Assembly: GCA_000708835.1 (NCBI GenBank)
Contig: DF237094.1
Coordinates: 62,001 to 126,000 of the forward strand
Origin: Klebsormidium nitens
Taxonomy: Eukaryota; Plantae; Klebsormidiophyceae
DNA: 64,000 nucleotides
Reading direction: 5' to 3'
Below are positions 25,454 through 36,019 of the stretch, piece after piece. Made by a program: the position numbers and the translations under genes. Numbering within the stretch: the first letter of the stretch is position 1; every line of letters starts with the position of its first letter. Under the pieces are notes generated by a model, which was given only the letters and a program-made list of their open reading frames with translations, made no database searches and had not been told where the DNA came from.

Positions 25454-26506
25454 ATGGCTTCCGTTGCAATGCCTTTGAAGACAGGCTGCCGGGCCTGGCT
25501 GCCCAGCCACAATCCTTGCAGGCACGGTGGTGGCGCTTCCGTGGTTGTGGAAAGTGCGCCGCACGGGCTCGCTCTTGTCCCAGCAGGCACTTGCTTATCT
25601 CAGCAACTTCCTTTTCAAAGTCTGTTAAATAGCTCCAGCCGATTCAGTGTGCGAATTGTGACATGTCGGAAGTCTGCTAGAACTGAAGCAAGGGCAGGCA
25701 AAGAGCGGCTGTTGCCGAAAAGAGCACCACAGGGCGATGCACAGTCATTTCCTGAAAGCACAGCGGACAGTGGTACAGAGAGAGAAAGCACCCAGCGTAT
25801 AGCGCCGCCCCCTTCAAGCGGGGTGGTTGACTCCAATAATGTTGTGAAGACCTGCACACAATGCAAACGTTCAAAGGTGTTCGTCGATTTTGAGAAGACG
25901 GTGGTGACAGTGGACGGGCGGACCGATGAATGCCGGGCTTGCTTGGCGGTGGTGAGGGCACAGCGGGCGAGGAAAGCTCTGCATCATCTCGCTTTGAGTG
26001 TGGAGGAGTCGTGGGAGCGGGCCAAGAGGTGTACTAAGTGCGGGCTCGTGAAGGAGTTCCGCGACTTCAGCCGGCGCGTGAGGAACAAGGACGGGACGTA
26101 TGGGTGTTGCAGGGCATGTCACTCTGATATCATTGTGCGCGCTCGCAGACAAGGGGGGCCGCATAGCCCGACAGACGAACCGCAGCGGTGTAGTTTATGC
26201 CTTGAAGTTAAAGAGGCGGACCACTTCTTCCCCGACGGAGGCCAGCTCACTGGGAGGAAGTCTGTCTGCAAGACTTGCTTTAGCGGGCAAAAGGCAGAGC
26301 AATATCAAACGGCTAAGGAAGTGCAGATTCACGTCTGGAAGGCGACTCGGCGTTGCTGGACGTGTCAGCAAGAAAAGCCTCGGTCTGAGTTTTACAGACG
26401 GCCGCTCAGTATTGAGGGGCTGTCCAGCAACTGCATCGCGTGTCTGAGAATCTATGAGAAGACCCGTCACGAAATGGGGAAGGAGAGAGGGCCTCTGGAC
26501 GGCTGA
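25454..26506 (+). CDS. Intronless 4x CX2C-X22-CX2C zinc-ribbon repeat protein, copy 3, intact (350 aa) with a transit-peptide-like N-terminus
   Basis: ATG-to-TGA ORF. Repeats: KTCTQC..ECRAC, KRCTKC..CCRAC, QRCSLC..VCKTC, RRCWTC..NCIAC, each with 22 residues between the CxxC pairs. The N-terminal ~70 aa are rich in Ser/Ala/Arg and nearly free of acidic residues. Confidence 0.85.
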   Translation: MASVAMPLKTGCRAWLPSHNPCRHGGGASVVVESAPHGLALVPAGTCLSQQLPFQSLLNSSSRFSVRIVTCRKSARTEARAGKERLLPKRAPQGDAQSFPESTADSGTERESTQRIAPPPSSGVVDSNNVVKTCTQCKRSKVFVDFEKTVVTVDGRTDECRACLAVVRAQRARKALHHLALSVEESWERAKRCTKCGLVKEFRDFSRRVRNKDGTYGCCRACHSDIIVRARRQGGPHSPTDEPQRCSLCLEVKEADHFFPDGGQLTGRKSVCKTCFSGQKAEQYQTAKEVQIHVWKATRRCWTCQQEKPRSEFYRRPLSIEGLSSNCIACLRIYEKTRHEMGKERGPLDG

Positions 26507-27499
26507 TTCGGCAGGTGGTTACATGGGTTGACGCCCTCGCTCTATCTAGAGGAGCTCTTTTTAACGGCGAGAGGTCCAATCAGGGAGCAAACAGGGTAAG
26601 CACGTTACTTGGCCGCTTGAGTCTTCCCTGATGTGGATCTGAAGTCGTTGGAAGGATGCTGAAGCTACTGGGTAGAAGCATCCTAAGTGAGGGTGCCTCT
26701 ATGCTGTATCTGGACACTACTTGAAAGTCGGGTCAGTTCTGGCAGAATCAAAAGAGCTTTGTGCACATCCCCAATGTACTCCCCTTTCCTTCTCCTCTTT
26801 GTGTGCTAAGCAGCATCCAAAAGCAAGAGTTCCAAGTGTTCTGAATATTGGGGGATATTTTGCGAGAGGTGGGGTCACTTTAGAAAGCATCCTACAGCAG
26901 ACTATTTAAGTTCTGAAAGACAGCGCTGGGGCTGTTGTTCGATACACACAGGGAGGCTCTTTTGGGGCAGCTATAGGTCATTTTCTTGCTTGCTTTCAGC
27001 AGGTATTGTGCATATAACAAGATGTGTGAGATAGCCCTTGTAAGATCACATTTGCGGTATCAGCGTGGCCTCAAAATGGTAGTTTTGAGACTGACTCTGA
27101 AACAGAAGTCGTGAACAGAGTCTTTGTGAGAACCAGAAGGTTTTGGCCGAAGGGCATTGAGGATCAGCCTCTTAATGGAAAAGCTGCCAGCCGGAGACAC
27201 GAGCAATTTCATTTTCAGAGAGTAGAAACACATTTGATCAGCAGTAAGATGAAGATGATGGCTTTGTTTGCAGGTCGCTTTTACTTGTCCGCGCTTCCGC
27301 GCGGCTTGCATACGCTTTAACCTGCACTGAGTCCACATCCTTTCCTTCTTCGGGAGCTGAGGACTTGCGGTGGTAAGTGATCAGAACTGTGTGAGTACAA
27401 GTTTTCCTCATGCTGCTAACTGTTTCCTTGACTGCTGATCAGTGTGTTGCGTTGCCAAAGCTGGCTCAAATTCAGGAGGACGTCAGCATGACTTCGACA

Positions 27500-28342
27500 G
27501 AGATTTTAAACGGTCCTCTGAAATGGTTGTCCGTACCACAAGTCTTGATTGGCGATTTCGCTCAGATGCTGATGAACGCAGGAGCAGACGCCTTCAGTCA
27601 GCTGCGGATATATTGTCCAGTGGACTCTTCCTTCGTTAGTCGGTCTCTCTCGGTTTTGACGTTTGTGAAGGTTGGGTTAGATGCTATTGAGTGGTTGATT
27701 GCGAAGCGTTTGGCAGAGACAATCGCTCCCTGGTAATGATGCACGTTGAAGTAGTGATCAAGTTGTGGGGTCGAAGTGCCGCACTTGTGGCCGTTCAAAA
27801 GCACAATCGAATCGGTGGAAGCGGTCTTGGTGAAAGAATGGATCAGGTCATCAGCAGTTCAAAGCCCCCGAAAATGTTTCATTTGTTAATGAGTAGAGTC
27901 GCTTCGTTGCATCTGGTGAAAGTCGGAAGTTGTATGACATCAAGGAATGACTTGACTTTGCAGGCTGTTACAAGCACACATCGTGAGACCGTTGAGAGTG
28001 CACATTCGCCAAAGGACGGGTCGTAAGCAGACGGAGGATGCAAAATCCACTCTGACAACTTTTTAATGAAACCGTACTAAGCTTGGCAACCAAGGGCTCC
28101 CGGGCATGGGGTTGGGTTGGATAATTGCTATTAAACTCGCTGATGTTGTGGTATGCATCCGATTGAAATGAGACTGGCTGCCAATGAGTTATAGCGTTCC
28201 AAGCACGACAGTCGTAGAAATCGACGGATTCAGTGTTTGACGTGGGCCGCCCAGGCAATTGCATGACAAGTATAACCCTCCCATACACCCCAGCTTGGAG
28301 AGATTCTTTATTATTGTCAATCATTCGCATTTCAATAACCAA
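27500..28342 (-). pseudogene. Degraded intronless ORF remnant, possibly a transposase C-terminus
   Basis: Protein-like stretches occur in successive frames (LQAGVYGRVILVMQLPG...; YGFIKKLSEWILHPPSAYDP...; HYFNVHHYQGAIV) broken by stops and frameshifts. The resemblance to DNA-transposase 'YG-x-[IV]' motifs is weak. Confidence 0.2.
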
Positions 28343-28693
28343 CCTACAGTTGTCACGTCGATCCAGATTGGACTTGGCGCCGCGCAGCAGACAGGAGAGT
28401 CACTGTATGCTTATGCTTATGCTTAACAGTTGACCACTTAGTGAGTTTGTCAGAGTAGGTATGTAACTTAGTCCAATCATCAGGCGTCATGGTTGTCTAC
28501 AGTATCTCAGTGGGAATTCTGCACAAAATTCTTTCCTTCAATCACCGCATAACTGCGCGCGCTGTAACAGTACTAACGTCATATACGGTACACCATACAT
28601 TGCAGCGGCGGCCGAGCAATTGTCATTTTAAAAGATACATCGTGTCGTTAGGTCTTTTATCACCAATGAATAAGTCCGGACTGGTCAGTGTGC

Positions 28694-28785
28694 TGAGTCA
28701 AAAGTCCACCAACGTCCAAAGTCCAACCAACGCGTCCAAAGTCGAACCAAAGTCCAACCAAGTCCTCAAACCGGCCAAATATCCC
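28694..28785. repeat. Degenerate short tandem repeat of a GTCCAA(A/CC)-type unit
   Basis: aagtccaccaacgtccaaagtccaaccaacgcgtccaaagtcgaaccaaagtccaaccaagtcc. Confidence 0.6.
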
Positions 28786-29028
28786 CCCTAATATTCATGC
28801 AAAAAGTCAAAGCAATGATCATGGCAGACTCAAGCAAACAAAATATCAAAGGATGTCATGATGCGATCATGGTCTTTGCATGATTCTCTGAATAACATAA
28901 TCGAGATGACATGGGCGCACTAATCACTAAGCAAGTCCTGCACATTTCTGTTCATCGAGTTGCACAGAGAGGTCCTACTGTAGTTCGTCCTGCTTTCCGC
29001 ACTTTTCCACCTTTTGCCTTTGCAAATT

Positions 29029-32000
29029 TTACTGATACTGGGGAGCAAGCTCTCCTTCCCGCACAATATAATCTTCCTCAGGAAGAGGCTTTCCATCAAA
29101 CCAGCACTCGAGAATCTTCTTGGTCCCGGCAGCGTAGCGAGCCTGCATGCCAACAAAGCCGAATTGTTGCATAAAAGGGCTCGTCAAAAGCATTCCCTCG
29201 ATTCCCTCGACAAACAACGACGAAACATTATAGTACGCGCATCGTTGTGATTCAAAAGCAGGTTCGCAAGAAGGCCTCACAATGAGGGAATCCGGGGTAA
29301 CGTGATCGGAACTCGCATTGAATGCCAGCGAATATTACAACAGCCAACCAGCCCAGACTTTTGTCCAGATGACGCCTGTCGAGGCAAAGAGCCAAGTGAC
29401 CGGACACTGGCTAATGGCAGATGGACACATACTCTGTGAAAGAGAGCATTAAGTGAGCCAGGGCTTCGAAGACTGCCGGCTTTGTAAATGTTCAGAAGAA
29501 GCACATAAGCGGAGTGTCTCATGAGATGCCACGTGGCATCGCACACTGACCTGAGCATCGAGCGTAGTTCCCGACAGATGGGGGGTCATCGCGTGGTTAG
29601 GCATGTGGCGCCAAGGGTGGTCTGCAAACGAGACGGTAAGCTGTGAAAAGCGAATCAGGCGAAATTGACTGTCTCGTTGGAAAGAACAGATGCTTCTTTG
29701 GCCCAAGCGAGCGGATTGACAAGAACGGAAAACGTGCGTCAGAAGCATCATGGCCACTGTTGAACCGAGATTGCAGATAAACGGAAAGAGAGCCGTTCAT
29801 CGGACAGAAAGAGCAAGCAGAAGAAGCCTGGTGTATTTTGACTAGAAGATGACGGCCTTCCGGGGCCCCACGAAAATGGACAAACGAGTGAGACGTCCCC
29901 AGCACAAGCTCGATTGGGAATCAACCAGGCTTGCTGCAGAAGGAATACCTTGAAGTCGACAAAGAGTCGGCGTCCTTTTTAAACGCGAGGTGTTCCGAGT
30001 GCTCGCAGGAAGTCAAACAACGTCAAGTGTTTGAATCTGAGAGGGCGTCAGGGCTCTTGGCATGCTTGATAGTTTCGCCGGCAATTCCAAAAGCGGGCCT
30101 TTGAAAAAGAGGGAGGACGGCGCAATGTCTCTTTCTGAACATCCGACTAGAAAGGTGCAAACAGTATCGGTTCTAGGAGTTCAGTTGACCACCTAAACGG
30201 TACCTGAACGGTACGCACCTTTGGGCGGCGGCTGGGGATACCAGACGTCCCCACCGTAGCCGTTGAGCTGGCCGCTCTCGAGCGCCTCCACGATCGCCTC
30301 GCGGTTCACGATTTCTGCGCGCGCGTTATTGATCAGGTACGCGCCCTTCTTCATCTTGGCCAGCTGCTCCTTGCCGATCATGTGCCTGTGCGAGGAACTG
30401 ACCGCGATCAGACTCGGCTGATCTAATAGTAATTTCAAGTTTTGCAGGTCTCGGAGTTTTACGACTTGTATGCGTCTTTGCTTAGCCGCGAATGAGGGGT
30501 ACCGGAAACGCAGCACTCAGTTGCTAACCACATTCGAGAATTCAATTTGTTTCTGCAGTCCAGTTCTTGTCATGGCGGATAGAAGATCAGGTCGAGCGAT
30601 GACGTCAATTCTCTCCGGTACGCTTTCAGACCAGCAAAGAGATCGCCAATCGACGCGAGATCAGCCGCTCATTGGGACGTAGGAAGTTAAAGGGAAGACA
30701 CCAACTCAGCATCCAATATCGTTGTTCAATGACGCATGTTCAGAGCAGTTGCAACAGAGCGCGAAGAGGTTTGAGCTACATTGACATTCAATCCGCTGCA
30801 TCCGCTGCAATGCAGACCTTAAGAGTATCGGCCATAAGTGCGGGATTTTACAATTCCGGACGGGTAAAGCAGAAACGTCACTCCGGACCTAATGAGGCAG
30901 TCCACCGAGCACGCCAGGACTTCACCACTTCTGTTTCCGGATTGTTTGAACACTATTCCGGACACCCCGTGTCAACTGACCGACTGAATTGGTTAGGTCC
31001 GGAAAAAGGTTTTTGCTCTGCCCGTCCTAAATCGCGATTTCCGGAGTTAGGGCCGATACTCTTATAACCTTACCTGGTCTTGTCGGTGAGGGGCACGTTA
31101 ATTGACACGACGTCGCACTTGCTGAGGAAGGTGTCGAGGTCCTTCTCAAACGTAGCGCCGAACTTCTCGATGTTCTCGTTCTGGTGGCGCCCGTAGTACA
31201 GCAGGTTGCAGTTCCAGCTCTGCGGTTGAGAAGGCCAAAAAGGGCAGATAAAAAAAAAAATTCTTGATCTGCCCCGTGACTTGGTCAGCAAAGCAAATGT
31301 ATGAGAGACGGGGAAAGCTTTTTAATGGAATCGTACGAACGTGGTTAAAGACATCCGTTCTGTAGCGCGCACCGCACAGCTGGCCCCGGTTCAGAAGGAA
31401 GATATAATCTGCACAGTAATTTTTGCCCACTCGGAAGTCAAAGGAAGAGAAGCTCGAAGCAAATGGCAAGGGTTCAAAAGATGAAGCGAAGCTAGAGACC
31501 GATTCTTGCCCGACATGAACAAAACCGGCTCTCATGTTTTGATCCAAGACGCTCTTGCAAACTGTCAGTGGTTCCCTGTCTTTTCCCGTTCTTCCTCCAC
31601 CTTCGCAAATGCAAAGATTGCAGAAACGAACACTATCTCGCCTTCGCCAATTCGGGAACGCAAGATTCCGAACACGAAATCTCACCTGCAGGCGCTTCAT
31701 CATTTCCTGGCCGATCCTGCCGGCGCCCAGCGTGCCCACGGTCTTACGCTCCAGGTCGTACGCCTTGTAAGCGACCGCGGCCACGTTCCACTCGTCGTGG
31801 ATGATCTGGAAGCGAGCACGAAAAGTCAGGGCATTTAATGTCAGACCCTTACCAAATCAAAAGAGTCAATCCTCCAAATCGGGTCGAACGATCGGCATGG
31901 TGCTGTGAGCTAAGGATTGTCTGTAGCGGAGAGGTTTCAATGGCTGTCAAACTGCGCACAATCGTACAAGAAACATTTGCTTAGACCAGCGCATGAGCAT

Positions 32001-34708
32001 CCTTGACGACTGACCAGGTGCGAATTGATACGAGCAGGAACAGAGTGGCACAGCAAAATGATCGGTAAGCAACAGCAACAAAAGGTCAGGTCAGCACGGC
32101 AAATACGTCACTCGCCGCCTCGCACCTATCACGCCGAACTCACGCACTCGTCGAGCAGTAAAAGTTTGTAGAGGTGCCTTAGTGAAAACCTTCCGGAAAT
32201 TGCGGCCTCAAGATCTTCTCATCTCATCAGAAAGAAACTAGATTCTCTCAGCAGAGTACCAATGCTGCCAGTGGTCAGAAACTCAATCGGAAAGCGAAGA
32301 ACCTCGAGCAACAAAGCATGGGGTCAAATTCAGGATTTGGCCGACCGAAAGTCCAGTGACCTCGAAGTGAGGAGGCAAAGAAGTTGATTTCGAACGTATC
32401 TCAAGACGACAAGGTTTGTTCCCAAGAAGCAAGAAACCAGAACGATTCGCACTGCCCGAAATGTAAGAAAAACCGTGGAGCTTTACGAAGCCTGCAAAAT
32501 TTCAGTTTGAGAAAGCCAGCTTTTACGGCTCACCTGCATGTAGCCGGGGATGAAGTTGCGAATCAGGATCAGGATCCGCATGATCTCGTCCTCTGCCACA
32601 CTCGTGACGTTGCTCCCTGCACGGAAAGACGGCGGGATATGATTCGTCAACGGCGGTGTCGTGAGACTATCCAAGCGCAATGCGGATGTCCGTCGTTGAG
32701 CGAAAGAGCCGCACAAACTTTTATCACATAGAATCATCTGAGGTGGACCCGAAGATAATGGGTGGTCGCCGCAACAGATTGACACTTCGCATTCCTCAAG
32801 AGACTCCCCGAGAGCAAGGAGTCTTGTCACGGTGTACTGCTGCACTTCCCGGATTTGTCTAGTCTGATCACAATTTCGCCTGACGTCACCTCACCGGCAA
32901 TCTCGGCGACCGTCATGCCCTTTTCGGCTGCCGCGTGCAGGTCGATGTGGTCGCTGCCCACCCCCGCGGTGATGATGAGCTTCAGTTTTTTGGCCTTCTG
33001 GATCCGCTCCCTGGTCATGTATGCCGGGTGGAAGGGCGTCGTGATCAGGATGTCGATCGTGGGCAGCTGCTTCTCCAGCTCTGTGGAGACGACAAGATTC
33101 GGAATGTCGATGGCGTTGAGAACGAAATCGCATAGGAATCCATGAGACCGTTGACTTCTGCCAACTGCTACGATAGCAGAAAACTTTACGCGAGCATTAA
33201 GAGTTTGCGAGGGTTTCCATAAGGGAGTCCGTTCTCGGCAACGGCTTTTGCGCTTCGACCGAAAAAGAGTCCACTGAGAAACTCCGCCAGACAAGTGTCA
33301 CCTTCTGGCAGTGACGATGTACTGATCAGCAACTTAGAATTGTGAAGGTGACCAGTCAAAACCCGTTTATAAACGGTTGGATGCATGCCAATGAACTGGA
33401 GACTTCCCGAGTGGTCGTGGTAGAATCCCTTCATTCCACTTACCTAGGTTCCACGCTTGCAATCCGTTCGCCACCTGACAAAAATCATCTTGGCAAGAGC
33501 TTGAATATCGAGATACAACCGAGAGACCTTGCCCTACCCGACAATCAGGCCAACTAAGTGCATTGGTCTTCGAAGACGTACTTTGCATGAAAAATGATAT
33601 GGGCAGAACATGCAAGACGCTTATATTGTAGCGCCCCATCGAGCTTTCACGATCCTAGGAACAGCAGCAAGAGGGACTAACTGCCGCAGAGTGTGACAAT
33701 ATTCTCTGGGGTGTTTCGCTTGGTTTAAAAGGGGTCGCCGCACAGCAATGACAGCAACTACGAACTTTGGAACAGGTTTGGAAGCAGACGACGGCATGCA
33801 CAAGAAAGTTCATGCACAACTCCTCACCAGAATCGGGTCCATCCTTGTCGTCTGTCACAATGTACTCGTGTCCCAGTTTCTCCAGCCACTCTCTCAGCCC
33901 GAGTCCATTCTCAGCGCAGGCCAGGAACTGCTTGTTTTTGGCATACTCCCCAGCCTTGTATAGGACTGCCAAAATCTTTTGCTTTCCCTGCGCGGGTGAA
34001 GAGCGACAGGATTGTTTCGTATGCAAAGCGCACCTGATGGCGATCCAGGCCATTTCCGTAAACTTCATTCAACGATCTACATTGAGGTTGCTGAGTGCAG
34101 GTTGGATAAAAATCAAGGTGAGCTTTAGGTTATATTGCAGACAACCTTCCGGTTCCCTAAGCATGCACGCAAGGTCTTGATCTCAAGGCCTTCGTGAGAT
34201 TCGAGGTTTACAGAAAGCACACATTTCTGCACTACAAAAACGTCATTGTAATCAATTTGAACATTGAAACGAAGCAGTGGCACCGAATCTTACTGCATGT
34301 GATTTATTGAGCTCTTTCGCGCGTCCAGATCCACGTTCTGCTTACTTCATAAGAGGTCCGTTCTAAGAAGTGCACCAGCCATTTCCTTCAGTTCAAGTCA
34401 GACACCAAGGTATGCCGGAATTCATAGAATCACTCTGCATGAATGCAGAAGTGCCAGTGACCGTAATAAAGCTCTTCAAACAAAACCGGGACCTGCTTAT
34501 CTAAAAGACAAGTCTGTGACGAAGTCGCGACATAAGGCTGCATGAGCTCATCAATGCTGGTCAGAAGCTGCAGTGAATGTATAATCATTTTTACGGTCAA
34601 GAAGAGAAGTAAGATCGAGAAATGAATTAATGCATCTCAGTATTTCAAAAACGCCTCATAACATGATAGCTGCAAACAACTGACCTCGTGACGCTCGTTC
34701 CCTTCCAT
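29029..34708 (-). CDS. FDH: Formate dehydrogenase, plant-type D-2-hydroxyacid dehydrogenase family, copy A (9 exons)
   Basis: Exons read at GT/AG sites: 34708-34685, 33987-33828, 33080-32895, 32616-32534, 31805-31686, 31219-31074, 30385-30219, 29621-29551, 29142-29029. Motifs: [77 protein letters not shown]. Confidence 0.97.
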
Positions 34709-35561
34709 GTTCTTACTGTCGCTTTGTGCTCGCTGGACGGATTGAGCACTCCTCTTGCTTGTATTAGGGACTTCTGTTTGAAAAGCTTTCCGCTCTTCTA
34801 GCTGTCTGAGTTCCTTCGAGCTCTCTCGCAAATTTGAAGGTCATTCAATCTGAGCGTAGTGTCTTTCTGATCTCGCAACTTGGGGCCTTGAAGCGCTGCA
34901 ACACCGTTTGATCGACCTTTGAAAGCCGGCAGACAGCAGGTACCAGCTCAGCTGTGAGTCTTGCGCTCAGAAGACAATCTCGTGTGCTGGACAAGGTTCC
35001 TGCGACTTCGAGCGGCGAGAATGGAGAGGGGAAGTCATCTTGTAGCTCTACAAAGCTTTCACTCCAATCTGCGGCGCTCCTCTTTCCTGAAGCCCTTCGA
35101 ATTTTGCTGAGGTCAGCCGTTGCTCATGCAGCCCTGCATGGACGCCTGCCGCCTGAACTTTCGAATCAGAGGAAGCAGAGGGCCGAGACGACTTGCGAGT
35201 TGCATGCTAGTCTTACTTTTGGCGCCCGGCCTGAAAGGTTTTAAGGTTCTGATGTTCGCAATAGGGCTTGAGAACGGAGCACAGAACTAACTTGGCACGT
35301 AAGCGGTTTTCGCGGCTCCACGGGTGCGTGCATGAATTGTCCAACTCAGGAGAATTTGTCCGCATGCAACTGATTTCGAAGCCGCGGCCGCGTAGCGCAG
35401 GTTTGAGCGGTCGCGCCACCCCAATATCGACATCCGTCAGCGCATGCGCTTGCATAATCAACATGGGCAGCTGAAAACAATCATGATGTCTATGAGTCAG
35501 GAGAACCATAGTGCAACAATTATTTGGTGCCGCCGAAAAATCTACCGATTAATCAATTGGC

Positions 35562-35760
35562 ACTCCGATAACTTTCGTGTGACCTAAGAGCCGTGTGACC
35601 TAAGATAGGCACCCGGGGGACGGGTGGGGTTGGTATGGTGGTTAGGGTGGGTTGGGGTGCGGGGCGGGTGATTCTTTGGGTTAGGGTTTTCGTTTGAAGT
35701 GCCCGGGTAACTCGTACCTTAGGTCACACGCCCGTTAGGTCACACGAGAGTTACCGGTAT
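35562..35760. mobile_element. 199-bp MITE with ~45-bp imperfect TIRs and a 9-bp TSD (Mutator-like TSD length)
   Basis: Left end actCCGATAACTTTCGTGTGACCTAAGAGCCGTGTGACCTAAGAT. Reverse complement of the right end: ataCCGGTAACTCTCGTGTGACCTAACGGGCGTGTGACCTAAGGT. Direct repeat TCAATTGGC at 35553-35561 and 35761-35769. No coding capacity. Confidence 0.88.
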
Positions 35761-36019
35761 TCAATTGGCAGTTCCGACCGACGGTGATGGATTGAGCAAA
35801 AAACCAACAATTACAAAATATTACGCCCTCACAATATTACGCCCTCGTTATCTCTCTACTATTTGACGTAGAGACAGTGAGAGAGCGTCGGACCGCTTGT
35901 GCCAATTGTTTGTTCAAAAATTTGTCCTGCAACACTTGTTTGTTGTATTGCAACACTTTGTTGAGAACGCCGATTCCCAATTGTCCCTGCTATTTTACAC
36001 TCAATTGCCTTCACATAAA

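Noticed and set aside
13128-26506. Calling the CxxC-repeat proteins HNH endonucleases, LIM domains or DnaJ zinc fingers
   Set aside because: No HNH catalytic motif, no LIM His spacing and no CxxCxGxG DnaJ pattern are present.
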